Numbered from the stretch's first letter, positions 29,354 to 39,853 are shown. The stretch: DNA of 64,000 nt from Bdellovibrionales bacterium (GCA_040380025.1 JBEIJY010000002.1:1-64000), one strand, 5' to 3'. Notes: generated from the sequence alone by a model not told the origin. Made by a program: numbers and translations.

Positions 29354-29737
29354 ATGGGTATCATGGGGCAGAAGCAAAACAAGGTGTTCGAGGAATGCAG
29401 ACGAAAACTCCTGAAAACGCGGGAAGAAACGCTGAACGGGCTCAAGGCGCTCAATCCGTCGCTGGCCACCGAGATGGTGGGGGATGAGGCCGATCTCGCC
29501 TCGGCGCACATCACACAGTCGCAGGCGCTGAACCAGCGGGATAAGCTTTTGGCGAAGATCAAAGAAATCGACGATGCGCTCGGCCGCATGGAAAACGGCA
29601 CCTACGGAATCTGTGAAGAGACCGGCGAGCCGATCGAAGAAAAGCGCCTGATCGCGATTCCGTGGACCCGGCTCAGCCTCGAAGGCGCCGAGAACCGCGA
29701 GCGCGAGCAAAAGCGTTACGATCAAAAGCTCGCCTGA
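29354..29737 (+). CDS. dksA: DksA/TraR family regulator lacking the C4 zinc site
   Basis: GDEADLA coiled-coil tip; YGICEETGEPIEEKRLIAIPWTRLS. Confidence 0.85.
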   Translation: MGIMGQKQNKVFEECRRKLLKTREETLNGLKALNPSLATEMVGDEADLASAHITQSQALNQRDKLLAKIKEIDDALGRMENGTYGICEETGEPIEEKRLIAIPWTRLSLEGAENREREQKRYDQKLA

Positions 29738-29813
29738 AGCCCCCTTCCGCCGGCACCGGTCCGGGATATTGCCCTTGCCATTTTGTGCGGGTTTCCCGTA
29801 GGATTCCGCCCAT

Positions 29814-30416
29814 ATGTCTCTTCTTTCGAACGAAACCCTGAGGAAGTTCTTCTCCGGCCGCCGGCGATTCCAGTTGGCCTGGCTGTTCGCGGCGCTTCTG
29901 ATCTTCAGTGCAAAACAGTATCCGGCCCTTCCCGGAGTCCTTCTTTGTTTCTTCGGGGCAAGCCTCCGGTTTTTGGCGAGCGGGTACCTTCGCAAGGAGG
30001 CCAAGCTCGCCGTGGGCGGCCCGTATTCGCACACCCGCAATCCGCTCTATCTCGGAACCTTTCTGATGGCGCTCGGCGCGACCTGGAGCGTGGGTGCGGT
30101 TCTTCTCACCGCGATCATGGCGGTGGTGTTCTTTTTGAACTACCACTACGTGATCCAGCACGAAGAGGCCAAGCTCCCCTCGTATTTCGGGAATGCGTAT
30201 CTCGAGTACTGCAGTCTCGTTCCGCGCTTTCTTCCGCGCGTGACCGCGCCCGCAAGGCAGGAACTCGAAAGAATCAATCCCGACCCCGAGGTCTACGGGT
30301 TCTCGATGAAGCTCGCGCACCAGAACCGCGCATTCGAAGCGTACGTCTCGTTTTTTGCGATCATGGCGGCGATGGTTGCCTTGGTGTTCGTGAAGTCTCT
30401 GCTCGGACTGATCTGA
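29814..30416 (+). CDS. Isoprenylcysteine carboxyl methyltransferase/PEMT family protein
   Basis: GPYSHTRNPLYLG, EE..L...FG..Y..Y...VPRF. Confidence 0.85.
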   Translation: MSLLSNETLRKFFSGRRRFQLAWLFAALLIFSAKQYPALPGVLLCFFGASLRFLASGYLRKEAKLAVGGPYSHTRNPLYLGTFLMALGATWSVGAVLLTAIMAVVFFLNYHYVIQHEEAKLPSYFGNAYLEYCSLVPRFLPRVTAPARQELERINPDPEVYGFSMKLAHQNRAFEAYVSFFAIMAAMVALVFVKSLLGLI

Positions 30417-30425
30417 GACCGGGAA

Positions 30426-31466
30426 TCAGCGATACAGTAGGGCCCGGAGCTCGGTCAGGATGATCTTGATCGTCGAGGCCGCCGGCACCGCGAGGAGCAT
30501 GCCCACCACGCCGTAGAGCTCTTGTCCCACTGCGACCGACACGAGCAGGGTGAAGGGCGACAGGTTCACGATCCGCGCGACCAGGATCGGAAACACCACG
30601 AAATTGTCGATCAGGTTCGTGATCACAAAAATCAGTACCGAGGGCCAGAACCACGCGAAGAACTCGGTCGACAACCCGAAAATCAGCAAGGGTGGAGCCG
30701 CTCCCAGGAACGGGCCCAGATACGGGATGATGTTCGCGATCCCCGCGATCAGCGAGAAGATCCCGGCATAAGGGGCCCCGATGATCTTGAGTCCCAGATA
30801 GGTCATGAAGCCGAAGAGCGAGGCCTCAAAGAGTTTCGCGCGCAAAAAGCTCGCAAGCGAGCGCGAGATTTTTTTCAGGACCTCTCCCGCGGGCTCCGAA
30901 AACCGCTCCGGAATCAGGCCCTGATACAGCAAGGAATACTCGCGACCGTCCTTCAGTAAAAAAAACGAAAATACCGGCACCAACAGCGCCACCGAGGCGA
31001 GGTTCCCGACCAGGCTCGGAATATGGGTGAGGGCCCAGCTCCGGAGCTGTTCGCCGTACTGGCCGATCGAGCCCTTCAGGCCCAGATCGACCGGAACGCC
31101 GATCCAGCCGCTGATTCGCGACTCGAGTCGGGAGGTTTTTTCGAGCAGGTTGTCGCTCAGGCCCGGGAGCGCGTCGATCAGCCCGGCCCACTGGCTCGAG
31201 ATCACCTGGTTCAAGCTCGAAATCCCGAACAAAAGGACGATCGAAAGCACCAGATAAATCAGAAGAATCGCGGCAACCCGGGGGAGCTTCTTTTTTTCAA
31301 GAAAGCGCACCGAAGGGCTCAGGATCATGACATTCAACAAGGTCAGGATGCTGAGGGGGCGCAGGGCGGGCGTGAAAAAAAACACCACGATCAAAAAGAC
31401 CGTGACCGAAACAAGAAAGGTGATCTGAAGAGCTTCTTTTTGCTTCAGGTTCGAAAAAAAAGGCAT
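30426..31466 (-). CDS. AI-2E family transporter
   Basis: SFFLLKDG, NIIPYLGP, GVVGMLLAVP. Confidence 0.88.
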   Translation of the reverse strand: MPFFSNLKQKEALQITFLVSVTVFLIVVFFFTPALRPLSILTLLNVMILSPSVRFLEKKKLPRVAAILLIYLVLSIVLLFGISSLNQVISSQWAGLIDALPGLSDNLLEKTSRLESRISGWIGVPVDLGLKGSIGQYGEQLRSWALTHIPSLVGNLASVALLVPVFSFFLLKDGREYSLLYQGLIPERFSEPAGEVLKKISRSLASFLRAKLFEASLFGFMTYLGLKIIGAPYAGIFSLIAGIANIIPYLGPFLGAAPPLLIFGLSTEFFAWFWPSVLIFVITNLIDNFVVFPILVARIVNLSPFTLLVSVAVGQELYGVVGMLLAVPAASTIKIILTELRALLYR

Positions 31467-31472
31467 CGTCGC

Positions 31473-31811
31473 TCAGTTGCCCGGAGCAAGGCTCTGGCAA
31501 CCGATCCACGGACGCTCATATCCCTCGGCGCACTGGGGGGCCTTGGTGATGTCGACCGTCGAGGTTGCCGGAATCACCGGCTTGTACCGGGTGGAGGCAC
31601 CCATGAGGGCGTTTTCGGACATGTCTTGAAAGAAAAACGCGAGGATGATTCCCGCGGCAACCAGCATCAAGCCGACAATGGTGAGACCTTGGATCTGAAT
31701 TTTTGCGTTCATTTCGGATTGCATGCCCCTCAGGGTAGCGGAATCCGGCGGATTCATCAAAGTAAAGTTGAGGCGGCTCAGGAATCTTCGGCGGGCACTA
31801 AAATTCATCAT
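31473..31811 (-). CDS. Small hypothetical membrane protein (start may be downstream)
   Basis: Single TM helix, C-terminal Cys pair; abuts the AI-2E gene. Confidence 0.5.
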   Translation of the reverse strand: MMNFSARRRFLSRLNFTLMNPPDSATLRGMQSEMNAKIQIQGLTIVGLMLVAAGIILAFFFQDMSENALMGASTRYKPVIPATSTVDITKAPQCAEGYERPWIGCQSLAPGN

Positions 31812-31858
31812 GACAAGGCCTTGCGGGCGATGATAATTTCTGACGGGTTGACTCGGTC

Positions 31859-33373
31859 ATGGTTTGGGCAAAACTATTCTTATTGAGCTTTTTGTTGGGT
31901 TCCGCGCCGGCTCGCGCGGCTCCCGAGGACTTCACTCTCGATCTGGATTCCGCAGGGGAAGCCGGGCGCGAGGACTTCGGAAGCGGTGACTCCGGTAGCG
32001 ATCATTCTGGTGGATCGGGCCCGGTTCGGCGCTGGCGCGATTATTTCGCCCAGAACCCTTCGTTGTCGCGGATGAGTCTCGGAATCCAGATGTCCGGCAC
32101 GGAGCCCCTCGCGCGCAACGCCTCGACCCCGATGATTCCCGCCTCGATCGAGAAGCTGTTTTCGGCCAGTGCCGCGCTTCAGGTTCTCGGAAGCGCGATG
32201 CGGTTCGAGAACCAGTTCACTGCGACCCTCGATACCGCCTCGGGTGCGGCCGGAAATCTCGAGTTCTTCGTGTCGGGCGATCCCACCTGGGCGAACGAGA
32301 ATTACGAGACCCTGACTGCGCGTCTCGGTGCCGTGATCGACGCGCTCAAGCTTCACGGAGTCAAGCGCGTGCACGGGCCGGTGCGGATTCACTCCTTGCG
32401 CCGGAATCTCGCGCGAGCCGAAAGGCCGAGCGGCTGGAACCCCGACTGGGTCCTCCAGTGCATGGCGCAGATTCAAACGGAGTTCCAGGCGAACGGCAAT
32501 TGCGGAACCTTCCAGATCAGCTCGCCCGAACGATTCGCCTGGGTCACTCCGGGAGTGAGTGTCCCCGTGGTGGTCGATGTGGTTCGTTCCCGTTCGGGCA
32601 CGAACTCGGTTCGGGTGGTGCCCGAGTTGGACGATCTCGGCCGGATCACCCGCTACACCCTGAGTGGCGGAATGGGCGCATCGCCGATTTCGTTCGTGCT
32701 TCCGGTGCATGAAGGCAAAAGCTGGCTCAAGAATTTGTTTCTTCTTGCGCTCAAGCAGGCCTCGATCGAGTATCGCGCAAATGCTCTTCCTCCCCCCGAG
32801 CCGGGCGAATCCGATCAGATCAAGGTCGATCTTTCGTCCCGCCCCTTGATCGAGATTCTTCGCTTGGCGGTTCAAAAAAGCCTGAACGGGGTGATGGACC
32901 GGATCTATCTTGAGCTCGAACATTTTTTACAGGTTCCTGCGCGTACGGTCCTGGGGACCCATGTGGCGCTCGTGTCGGGGAGTCCGGCCCTCATGGAGGG
33001 AGTGAGTCTTCTGGACGGAAGCGGCTTGAACCTTCAGAACCGCGTTCGGGCGGATCTTGTGTACGCCTTCTTGAGCCATGTTCGGGAGATGTCGTGGTTC
33101 AGCGACCTGTTCGGAACGCTTGCCGTGGCAGGGGTTTCGGGCACATTGGAGACCCGTCCGGTTCTGACCGCATCGCCCTTCACGAACGGCAAGATTTTTG
33201 CCAAAACCGGAACTCTGACCGGAGTGACGAACCTTGCGGGGTATCTGGTGACAGGGCAGGGAGCGCCGCCCGAGCCCTTTGTGATTTTGAGCGGGTCGGA
33301 GTTCACCAGCAATTCAGCAAGGAAGTTGATTGATGGAATCGTGGTGAATTTTGCCATGCAGAACACCCCGTGA
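31859..33373 (+). CDS. dacB: D-Ala-D-Ala carboxypeptidase/endopeptidase (PBP4, peptidase S13)
   Basis: PASIEK (SxxK), KSLN (SxN), DGSGL, AKTGTL (KTG); signal peptide. Confidence 0.88.
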   Translation: MVWAKLFLLSFLLGSAPARAAPEDFTLDLDSAGEAGREDFGSGDSGSDHSGGSGPVRRWRDYFAQNPSLSRMSLGIQMSGTEPLARNASTPMIPASIEKLFSASAALQVLGSAMRFENQFTATLDTASGAAGNLEFFVSGDPTWANENYETLTARLGAVIDALKLHGVKRVHGPVRIHSLRRNLARAERPSGWNPDWVLQCMAQIQTEFQANGNCGTFQISSPERFAWVTPGVSVPVVVDVVRSRSGTNSVRVVPELDDLGRITRYTLSGGMGASPISFVLPVHEGKSWLKNLFLLALKQASIEYRANALPPPEPGESDQIKVDLSSRPLIEILRLAVQKSLNGVMDRIYLELEHFLQVPARTVLGTHVALVSGSPALMEGVSLLDGSGLNLQNRVRADLVYAFLSHVREMSWFSDLFGTLAVAGVSGTLETRPVLTASPFTNGKIFAKTGTLTGVTNLAGYLVTGQGAPPEPFVILSGSEFTSNSARKLIDGIVVNFAMQNTP

Positions 33374-33420
33374 TATTGAGACCTGAAGAAAGTGCCCCAA
33401 CAGAAAGAGACGGTAGCGAC

Positions 33421-35295
33421 ATGAACACTTCGAGCATTCGGTTTCCGGAATTCGTGAAAAACGAGACCCTGAAAAAATGGGTTGCCGAGACGGCGGCTCT
33501 GACCGGCGCAAAAGATGTTTATTTCTGTGATGGCTCGGACGAAGAATACCAACGCCTTTGCGACGGGATGGTCGCAAGCGGCATGCTGAAGCGCCTGAAT
33601 CCTGCGAAGCGCCCGGGAAGCTTTCTTGCTCTCTCGGATGCCTCGGACGTCGCCCGGGTCGAGGACCGCACCTATGTTTGCACCCGCAACAAGGACGATG
33701 CCGGTCCGAATAACAACTGGATGGCCCCCGATGAGATGAAAAAAACGCTCCAGCCGCTCCTTCAGGGGAGCATGCGCGGACGCACGATGTATGTGATCCC
33801 CTTCAGCATGGGGCCGATCGGGTCGCCCATTTCGCAAATCGGGGTCGAGATCTCGGATTCTCCCTATGTTGTTGTGAACATGCGGATCATGACCCGCATT
33901 GGCCGCAAGGTTCTCGAAGTCCTGGGCGATCAGCCCTTCGTGAAGTGTCTTCACACGGTCGGAGCCCCGCTCGAAGAAGGCCAAAAAGATTCTGCCTGGC
34001 CCTGCAACAAAGACACCAAGTACATCACCCATTTTCCCGAAGAAAAAACCATCATCTCGTACGGAAGCGGCTACGGCGGAAATGCTCTTCTGGGTAAAAA
34101 ATGCTTCGCCCTCCGGATCGCCTCATACATGGGGCGCCAGGAAGGCTGGCTTGCCGAGCACATGCTCATTCTCGGCGCCGAGAACACGAACACGGGCGAG
34201 AAGACCTATATTGCCGCCGCATTTCCGAGCGCCTGCGGAAAAACCAACTTTGCGATGCTGATCCCGCCGAAGACCATGAATGGCTGGAAGATCTCGACCA
34301 TTGGCGATGACATCGCCTGGATCAAGCCCGGCAAGGACGGGCGGCTCCATGCGATCAACCCCGAGGCGGGATACTTCGGAGTCGCTCCGGGCACCTCGCT
34401 TCGCACGAACGAGAACGCCATCAAGACCATCGCGAAGAATACGATCTTCACAAATGTGGCGCTCACCGAAGACGGCGACGTGTGGTGGGAAGGTCTGAGC
34501 GATGTCCCTCCTTCGAAAGTAACCGACTGGCAGGGCAACGAGTGGACCCCCGAGATCGGCAAAGCCACCGGCAAAAAAGCCGCGCACCCGAACGCGCGCT
34601 TCACCGCGCCCGCAAGCCAGTGCCCCTCGATCGACCCGAACTGGGAGAACCCGGAAGGGGTTCCGATCAGCGCGTTCATTTTTGGGGGCCGTCGCGGTAC
34701 GACGATTCCGTTGGTGGTCGAGCCTCGCAACTGGGAGCACGGAGTGTACTGGGCGGCAACCATCGGTTCCGAGACCACCGCAGCCGCGGTGGGAGCGCAA
34801 GGGCTCGTTCGTCGCGATCCGTTCGCGATGCTTCCCTTCTGCGGCTATCACATGGGCGATTACTTCCGTCACTGGCTCGAGATCGGCAAGGGACTCAAGA
34901 ACCCGCCCAAAATCTTCGGCGTGAACTGGTTCCGCAAGGGCGCCGACGGTAAGTTCATGTGGCCTGGCTACGGCGAGAACATGCGGGTGCTCGAGTGGAT
35001 TATCGGTCGGGTTCGCGGCACAGCGAAAGGCCGCGAGACCGACATCGGCACGGTTCCGAACTATCAGGACCTGAACTGGAACGGCCTTGCCATGACCGAG
35101 GCGCAGTTTGATGAGGTTTCGAAGATCGACAAAGAAGAATGGCGGCAGGAGCTGAAGCTCCAGAACGAGCTCATCGACCGCTTGAGCAGTCGCCTGCCGG
35201 AGCAGTTTGTCGAGATCCACCAGGCGCTCGAGGGGCGCTTTCAGGCCAAGTCCTCGTCCCTTCGCGGGGCGAGCATCACCTCGTTGATGTTGTAA
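33421..35295 (+). CDS. pckG: Phosphoenolpyruvate carboxykinase (GTP)
   Basis: [46 protein letters not shown]. Confidence 0.97.
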   Translation: MNTSSIRFPEFVKNETLKKWVAETAALTGAKDVYFCDGSDEEYQRLCDGMVASGMLKRLNPAKRPGSFLALSDASDVARVEDRTYVCTRNKDDAGPNNNWMAPDEMKKTLQPLLQGSMRGRTMYVIPFSMGPIGSPISQIGVEISDSPYVVVNMRIMTRIGRKVLEVLGDQPFVKCLHTVGAPLEEGQKDSAWPCNKDTKYITHFPEEKTIISYGSGYGGNALLGKKCFALRIASYMGRQEGWLAEHMLILGAENTNTGEKTYIAAAFPSACGKTNFAMLIPPKTMNGWKISTIGDDIAWIKPGKDGRLHAINPEAGYFGVAPGTSLRTNENAIKTIAKNTIFTNVALTEDGDVWWEGLSDVPPSKVTDWQGNEWTPEIGKATGKKAAHPNARFTAPASQCPSIDPNWENPEGVPISAFIFGGRRGTTIPLVVEPRNWEHGVYWAATIGSETTAAAVGAQGLVRRDPFAMLPFCGYHMGDYFRHWLEIGKGLKNPPKIFGVNWFRKGADGKFMWPGYGENMRVLEWIIGRVRGTAKGRETDIGTVPNYQDLNWNGLAMTEAQFDEVSKIDKEEWRQELKLQNELIDRLSSRLPEQFVEIHQALEGRFQAKSSSLRGASITSLML

Positions 35296-35323
35296 AAAAA
35301 GCCGCCCCGGGGAGGGGGCGGCT
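35294..35323 (-). terminator. Intrinsic terminator hairpin (U-tract on the minus strand; may be bidirectional)
   Basis: A7 run followed by AGCCGCCCC-loop-GGGGCGGCT. Confidence 0.65.
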
Positions 35324-35327
35324 AGTC

Positions 35328-35684
35328 TCATTCTCCTCCGAAAAAAACAATCTTTCCGTCTACGACTTTTCCACTCCGAAGGTTGGGGTGGTCAGGTGCT
35401 TGTACCCATTCGTAGATGTCTTGCCCTTTTTCCTTACGAAAGCTGCAATCCCAATCACCGATATATTCGTGTTTGCAGTCGCCAGAGAAAGCAACTTCTT
35501 CAAAGGTGTTAAGCGCACATTTTCCCCGCCCGTTCCGGGTAAGATACAGGATTTTCTTTAAGCCGTTCTGCGCGACGGAGCGATCGATTCCAATAATGGT
35601 TTGAGAAATGGTTGTAGAGTCGTATTGATTCCAACGATGGAAAAGGAGCGGATCGATTGATTGATGAGAGGTTTCCTCTTTGGT
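35328..35684 (-). pseudogene. Open frame without a canonical start codon; possible gene remnant
   Basis: 118 sense codons ending ...DGKIVFFGGE* just before the terminator; no in-frame ATG/GTG/TTG. Confidence 0.35.
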
Positions 35685-35858
35685 TCAATTTTCTTAATTT
35701 TTACAAAACCAGTCAGGTAAAAGAATTTCGAGAAAACACGGATGCGGGATTTTCCAATTAATTCAAATGTTTCTTTTGACTTGTGAGATCCATCCCCCAT
35801 TCGCGATCATTTTTGACTTGCCTCTGGCACTCCAGCCACTTACCGTTTGGACCTCAAA

Positions 35859-36905
35859 ATGAATGATGTTGCGATCCTGATACCCGCCTATAAACCGGAG
35901 GAAACTCTGTTTGCTTTGATTTCCGGGATTCAAAGAATCAAGAACGACATTAAAATCATTCTCGTCCAAGACGGGGTATTCCCCGAGCATGAAAATCTGA
36001 TTGAGCGAATTTTGCGTCTGCCCGGGGTGTTTTTGGTGCGTCATTCAGTGAATCTCGGAAAGGGTCGCGCACTCAAGACCGGTTTCAACGAAATTCTGGT
36101 GAATCATCCTGAGATCAAGTGTGTTGTCACGGCCGATGCCGACGGCCAGCATCTTCCCGAGGACATTCTGAACGTCGCCCGCTGTGTCGGATATGAAAAT
36201 CGCATCTGGTTGGGAAGTAGATTTGTTACCCTGAAAAACATTCCGATCAAGAGCAAGATCGGAAATACCCTTACCCGGTTCATCTTCAAAATCCTAATCG
36301 GCCTTGATCTTAAGGATACCCAAACCGGACTTCGGGGAATTCCATCAAATCTTTTGGCCCTCATGATGACCATATCGGGCGAGAAGTACGAATATGAGAC
36401 CAATATGCTGATTCGTGCCAAACAAGAGCGGATTGGCATTGCAGAAGTCGATATCGAGACAGTTTACATCAATCAGAACCGGGGTTCCCACTTCAATCCG
36501 ATTCTCGACTCGATGAGGATTTATTTTTTGATTTTCAGGTTCTTTTTCTCCTCCATTGCAACCAGCATGATCGACCTGATGGTGTTCTCATCCCTCGTCG
36601 CGGTCGGCGCACGCCTTGAGTTTTCGATTCTTGCATCAAGACTGGTGGCGGGAACGTTCAACTTCACCATGAACAAGCGGGTGGTCTTCAAGAACCTGTC
36701 CGCCGGACCGGAGGCCGCCCTGAAGTATTGGTTGTTGGTGCTCTTCATGGCGGGACTTTCGTATTTGGGTACGGTGGCGTTTTCATCGGGTGGGATGAAT
36801 GTGTATTTGTCGAAGGTGCTGATGGAGGCTTTGTTGTTCTTGTTCAGTTTCTCTGTTCAGCGGGATGTGATTTTTGACAAGAAGGATTCGCATGAAAGCG
36901 ACTGA
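35859..36905 (+). CDS. Bifunctional GT2 glycosyltransferase / GtrA-like flippase
   Basis: LIPAYKP, NLGKGRALKTG, TADADGQH, DTQTGLR; C-terminal 4-TM GtrA domain (NFTMNKRVVF). Confidence 0.88.
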   Translation: MNDVAILIPAYKPEETLFALISGIQRIKNDIKIILVQDGVFPEHENLIERILRLPGVFLVRHSVNLGKGRALKTGFNEILVNHPEIKCVVTADADGQHLPEDILNVARCVGYENRIWLGSRFVTLKNIPIKSKIGNTLTRFIFKILIGLDLKDTQTGLRGIPSNLLALMMTISGEKYEYETNMLIRAKQERIGIAEVDIETVYINQNRGSHFNPILDSMRIYFLIFRFFFSSIATSMIDLMVFSSLVAVGARLEFSILASRLVAGTFNFTMNKRVVFKNLSAGPEAALKYWLLVLFMAGLSYLGTVAFSSGGMNVYLSKVLMEALLFLFSFSVQRDVIFDKKDSHESD

Positions 36906-37524
36906 TTGGGATGCGTATTACTCAAAGCCCTATAAAACCGCCACAATCACCCGGAAGATCACGTCAGGGAAACTCGTCGGGATTCTCGAAGAAATCAGGA
37001 TGGAACTGGGAAAGTCGCTTGAAATCATCGAGCTAGGCGGTGCGAACAGCTGCTTTTATGATGCAATCCGGAACGGGAATTCACCGGCTTCGTATTCCAT
37101 TTTGGACAATAATACGCTCGGATTGAGGAAGTTCCGCGAAAGGGCGCCGAACACGGCGGGGGATTTGATCGAGGCCGACGTTTTGAGTTATGAATCCCCG
37201 AAGGGCTATGATGTCGCTTTCAGTGTCGGGTTGATCGAACACTTTGACGAGGAAGATACCCGAAGGAGCATCAAGACCCATTGGGCTCTCGTGAAACCCG
37301 GTGGGTACATGGTTCTGTTTTTTCCGACGCCCACGTGGCTGTACCGGGTCACGCGAAAGGCCGCCGAGCTCCTCGGTCTTTGGATCTTCCATGACGAACG
37401 CCCTCTTCGGCCCGAAGAGGTCATCGCGGGATTGCATCCCGGCGCGACCGTGACCCGGAAGTTCATCATTTGGCCGATTTTTTTGACCCAATTCGCGCTG
37501 GTGGTGAAAAAACCGTACGCCTAA
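36892..37524 (+). CDS. Class I SAM-dependent methyltransferase
   Basis: IIELGGAN, YDVAFSVGLIEHF, VKPGG. Confidence 0.85.
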   Translation: MKATDWDAYYSKPYKTATITRKITSGKLVGILEEIRMELGKSLEIIELGGANSCFYDAIRNGNSPASYSILDNNTLGLRKFRERAPNTAGDLIEADVLSYESPKGYDVAFSVGLIEHFDEEDTRRSIKTHWALVKPGGYMVLFFPTPTWLYRVTRKAAELLGLWIFHDERPLRPEEVIAGLHPGATVTRKFIIWPIFLTQFALVVKKPYA

Positions 37525-39269
37525 TCGGGCATGCTCTCGTAAAAACGCAGATCACCCGATGTGAAGACCTGTTTGATTTTGTTCCGGTCCGAGGACTCAC
37601 GAAGGGTCTGCTCAAGAATCTCCGGGATTTTTTTCGGGATGACAAAGCAGTTTGTACCGGTTGATTCCAGCGCGAGCTTCAGTTTCCCCGCGTTTTCCAC
37701 GGTGGATGCTCTGAGATTGATGCTTTTGAAGAGCCGTTCAAAATCGGGAAGATATCCGTACACCGGATAATCAGACTGGAAAGTGGAGCACTTTTCCACC
37801 CAGTTTGAATACAAAAAGTCGGAAATGCACGGACTCAGATGGGTTTTGAGCTTCAGCTTCCGATGATGCAAATCCAGTTTCGATTCCGGATTGTTTTTTT
37901 GAACCAAGAACAGAACAGGGATCAAAATCGCGAAAGCCCACATCACCGATGCCCGCCGGAGGGGGGAGTTTTTCAGCTTTAGGGCGAGCCCTGCGAATCG
38001 GGAAAGCAGGCCTTCGCCGAAAATGCTTCCGTAGGAATAAGAGCAAGCGGCGAATCCGACCGAGAGGTTCCTGAAGTCGTAGCAAAAAAAAGCGGCCCAG
38101 ATCAGGAACAACAAGAGTGTGAATGCCGACATTCTTCTCTTCCAGCCCTTTTGCGTCACCATCCAGATGCCATGAGCGAGAAAAAGAGCCGAAGGCCATC
38201 CCATGGTCAAGATGGAATCATAAATTCTGAGGACCGGTGATTTTCGATCATAGATATCCTGTGTGACCCAGGAGACTTCGGACGCATTGATTCCGGATCG
38301 GATCAGGAACTCAGCATATGCATAGTAGGGTGCGACCAGGATCAAGGGGATCAGAAAAATCGAGGCAAATCGCCTGTTTCTTTGCGGAAACGATGCGTTC
38401 AGGATGGTCGCTTCCAGAAAGGTCAATGCAAGCACGAAAAATCCCGCCTGTTTCACGAGAGCTGCGCAGCTTGCGATCAGCGCCGCCAGCAGAAGCATTT
38501 TTGAGGACTCCTCGAACTGCAGTGCTCGGGCGAGGTTTCTTGCTTCTTCCAGAATCAAAAATGCCAAAGCGGCAAGAATGACGATGACGACATCGACATA
38601 ACCGTCGAAAAGGTGGGCTCCGAAATATTTTTTGATGAAGAAGAACTGGAAAAGAAGGAAAATCGCATGCGTGCCCGAAGAGCGGGCTCCGAGCGCGGTC
38701 AGATGGAGGAAAAACAGGAATACGATCGTCGGGATGATGAACAACACCAGGAATTGGTATTCGTGCCCGGAGAATCGATAGATCGCCCCCCAGAGGGCGG
38801 GGATGAGCTGGGGATAATGATAGGTTCCTGCCGGAAATCTTCCTTGAAACCAGTCCAAAGCCCAGCGATTCCACGAAACCACGGCATCCCAACCGGCAAA
38901 CACTCCGTCAAATCGTTCACTGTTCGAAACGAAGTACCCCCAGACCACCAAAAACAAAAGCAACGAAACCCTGTTTTTGAAGACGGGTTCGATCTCGTCG
39001 ATCAGGGGAGACAGCAAATCCCCGATTCGTATCGAACGCAAAAAGACGGTTCCGGCAGCCAGCGCCGCGAAAAAGTAGATCCACAGTGCTTGGGAGGCGT
39101 TCAAAAGAACCGAAAAAAACGAAACCTGGAAAATCAGTGTCGAACTCACGAAAAAAATGACCAGGAGGGACAGGAACGGGGGGAGCTTGATCCCGGCTTT
39201 CCGAAGAATCAGCCAGCCGGGAATGACGAGGGAAACCAGGGTTCCGAAAAAAAAGCCAAAAAAGGTCAT
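37521..39269 (-). CDS. Polytopic membrane protein, GT-C-type glycosyltransferase-like
   Basis: Many TM helices; WDA..SW, HYPQL, GYVD, VKQAG. Confidence 0.6.
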   Translation of the reverse strand: MTFFGFFFGTLVSLVIPGWLILRKAGIKLPPFLSLLVIFFVSSTLIFQVSFFSVLLNASQALWIYFFAALAAGTVFLRSIRIGDLLSPLIDEIEPVFKNRVSLLLFLVVWGYFVSNSERFDGVFAGWDAVVSWNRWALDWFQGRFPAGTYHYPQLIPALWGAIYRFSGHEYQFLVLFIIPTIVFLFFLHLTALGARSSGTHAIFLLFQFFFIKKYFGAHLFDGYVDVVIVILAALAFLILEEARNLARALQFEESSKMLLLAALIASCAALVKQAGFFVLALTFLEATILNASFPQRNRRFASIFLIPLILVAPYYAYAEFLIRSGINASEVSWVTQDIYDRKSPVLRIYDSILTMGWPSALFLAHGIWMVTQKGWKRRMSAFTLLLFLIWAAFFCYDFRNLSVGFAACSYSYGSIFGEGLLSRFAGLALKLKNSPLRRASVMWAFAILIPVLFLVQKNNPESKLDLHHRKLKLKTHLSPCISDFLYSNWVEKCSTFQSDYPVYGYLPDFERLFKSINLRASTVENAGKLKLALESTGTNCFVIPKKIPEILEQTLRESSDRNKIKQVFTSGDLRFYESMPD

Positions 39270-39430
39270 ATGTCACCCATCGAGAAGGTTTGATGTTTTG
39301 ATGACACATTTCGCCATCTTCAATTCAACTTGTCCAGCTCAATGGCAACGAAGCCCCATGTCCCGTTCTTGGGGCGCCATGGTAAAAACGCCTTTAAATT
39401 CAATAGTTTGAATTTACATGAATTTTTTAC

Positions 39431-39458
39431 TCAAGTTTTGTCAAGCTTCTGCCGATCG
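39431..39458 (+). promoter_or_regulatory. sigma28 (FliA)-like promoter
   Basis: TCAAG-N15-GCCGATCG, followed by AGGAGGAG RBS. Confidence 0.5.
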
Positions 39459-39481
39459 GTATGGCAGGAGGAGTTCACAAC

Positions 39482-39709
39482 ATGGGTAAAGGTAAGAAAC
39501 CAGAAGTCGAAAGTTCCGGAGCCGCAGAAGCCTGCAAGTGCGGGGGATGCAAAAAGCCCTCAGCCCGGTTCTCGTTTTGCGGCGAGCACTATGAGTGGTT
39601 CAAGTTCGGTCTGATCACCAAGGCGGGCCAGAAGGTCGTGGACTTCGAGAAGAAGTTCGATCACTTCATGGCGCACCAGGAGCGCTGGAAGACCGGCAAG
39701 GCCGCGTAA
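39482..39709 (+). CDS. Small Cys/His-rich protein (putative zinc finger)
   Basis: 75 aa; CKCGGC...FCGEH; strong RBS. Confidence 0.7.
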   Translation: MGKGKKPEVESSGAAEACKCGGCKKPSARFSFCGEHYEWFKFGLITKAGQKVVDFEKKFDHFMAHQERWKTGKAA

Positions 39710-39721
39710 AAAGTTCAAAAG

Positions 39722-39853
39722 TTTGGGTCCGGAGGGGTTCGGACCCGAAAAGTTGCCCTGAGGCGGCTCGTCCAAGACAGGGCAGAAGCGCTGTACCCAC
39801 CACCTCCTCAGACAGACGGCTCGGGTTCCACGAATGGTCGTGGGGCCCGGGCC
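39722..39853 (+). ncRNA. Candidate structured RNA (3' UTR element or sRNA)
   Basis: Three stems at 39722-39749, 39754-39784 and 39818-39853; the last is 16 bp and its mismatches are all G-U on the + strand. Confidence 0.4.

Noticed and set aside
35763..36044. 93-aa minus ORF near the island start
   Set aside because: Antisense to the GT2-GtrA gene with no supporting features
39758..39830. Possible hammerhead (CTGAGGA on minus) or c-di-GMP-I riboswitch similarity
   Set aside because: No correctly placed GAAA core for a hammerhead and no GNRA/receptor architecture; kept only as an unassigned structured RNA
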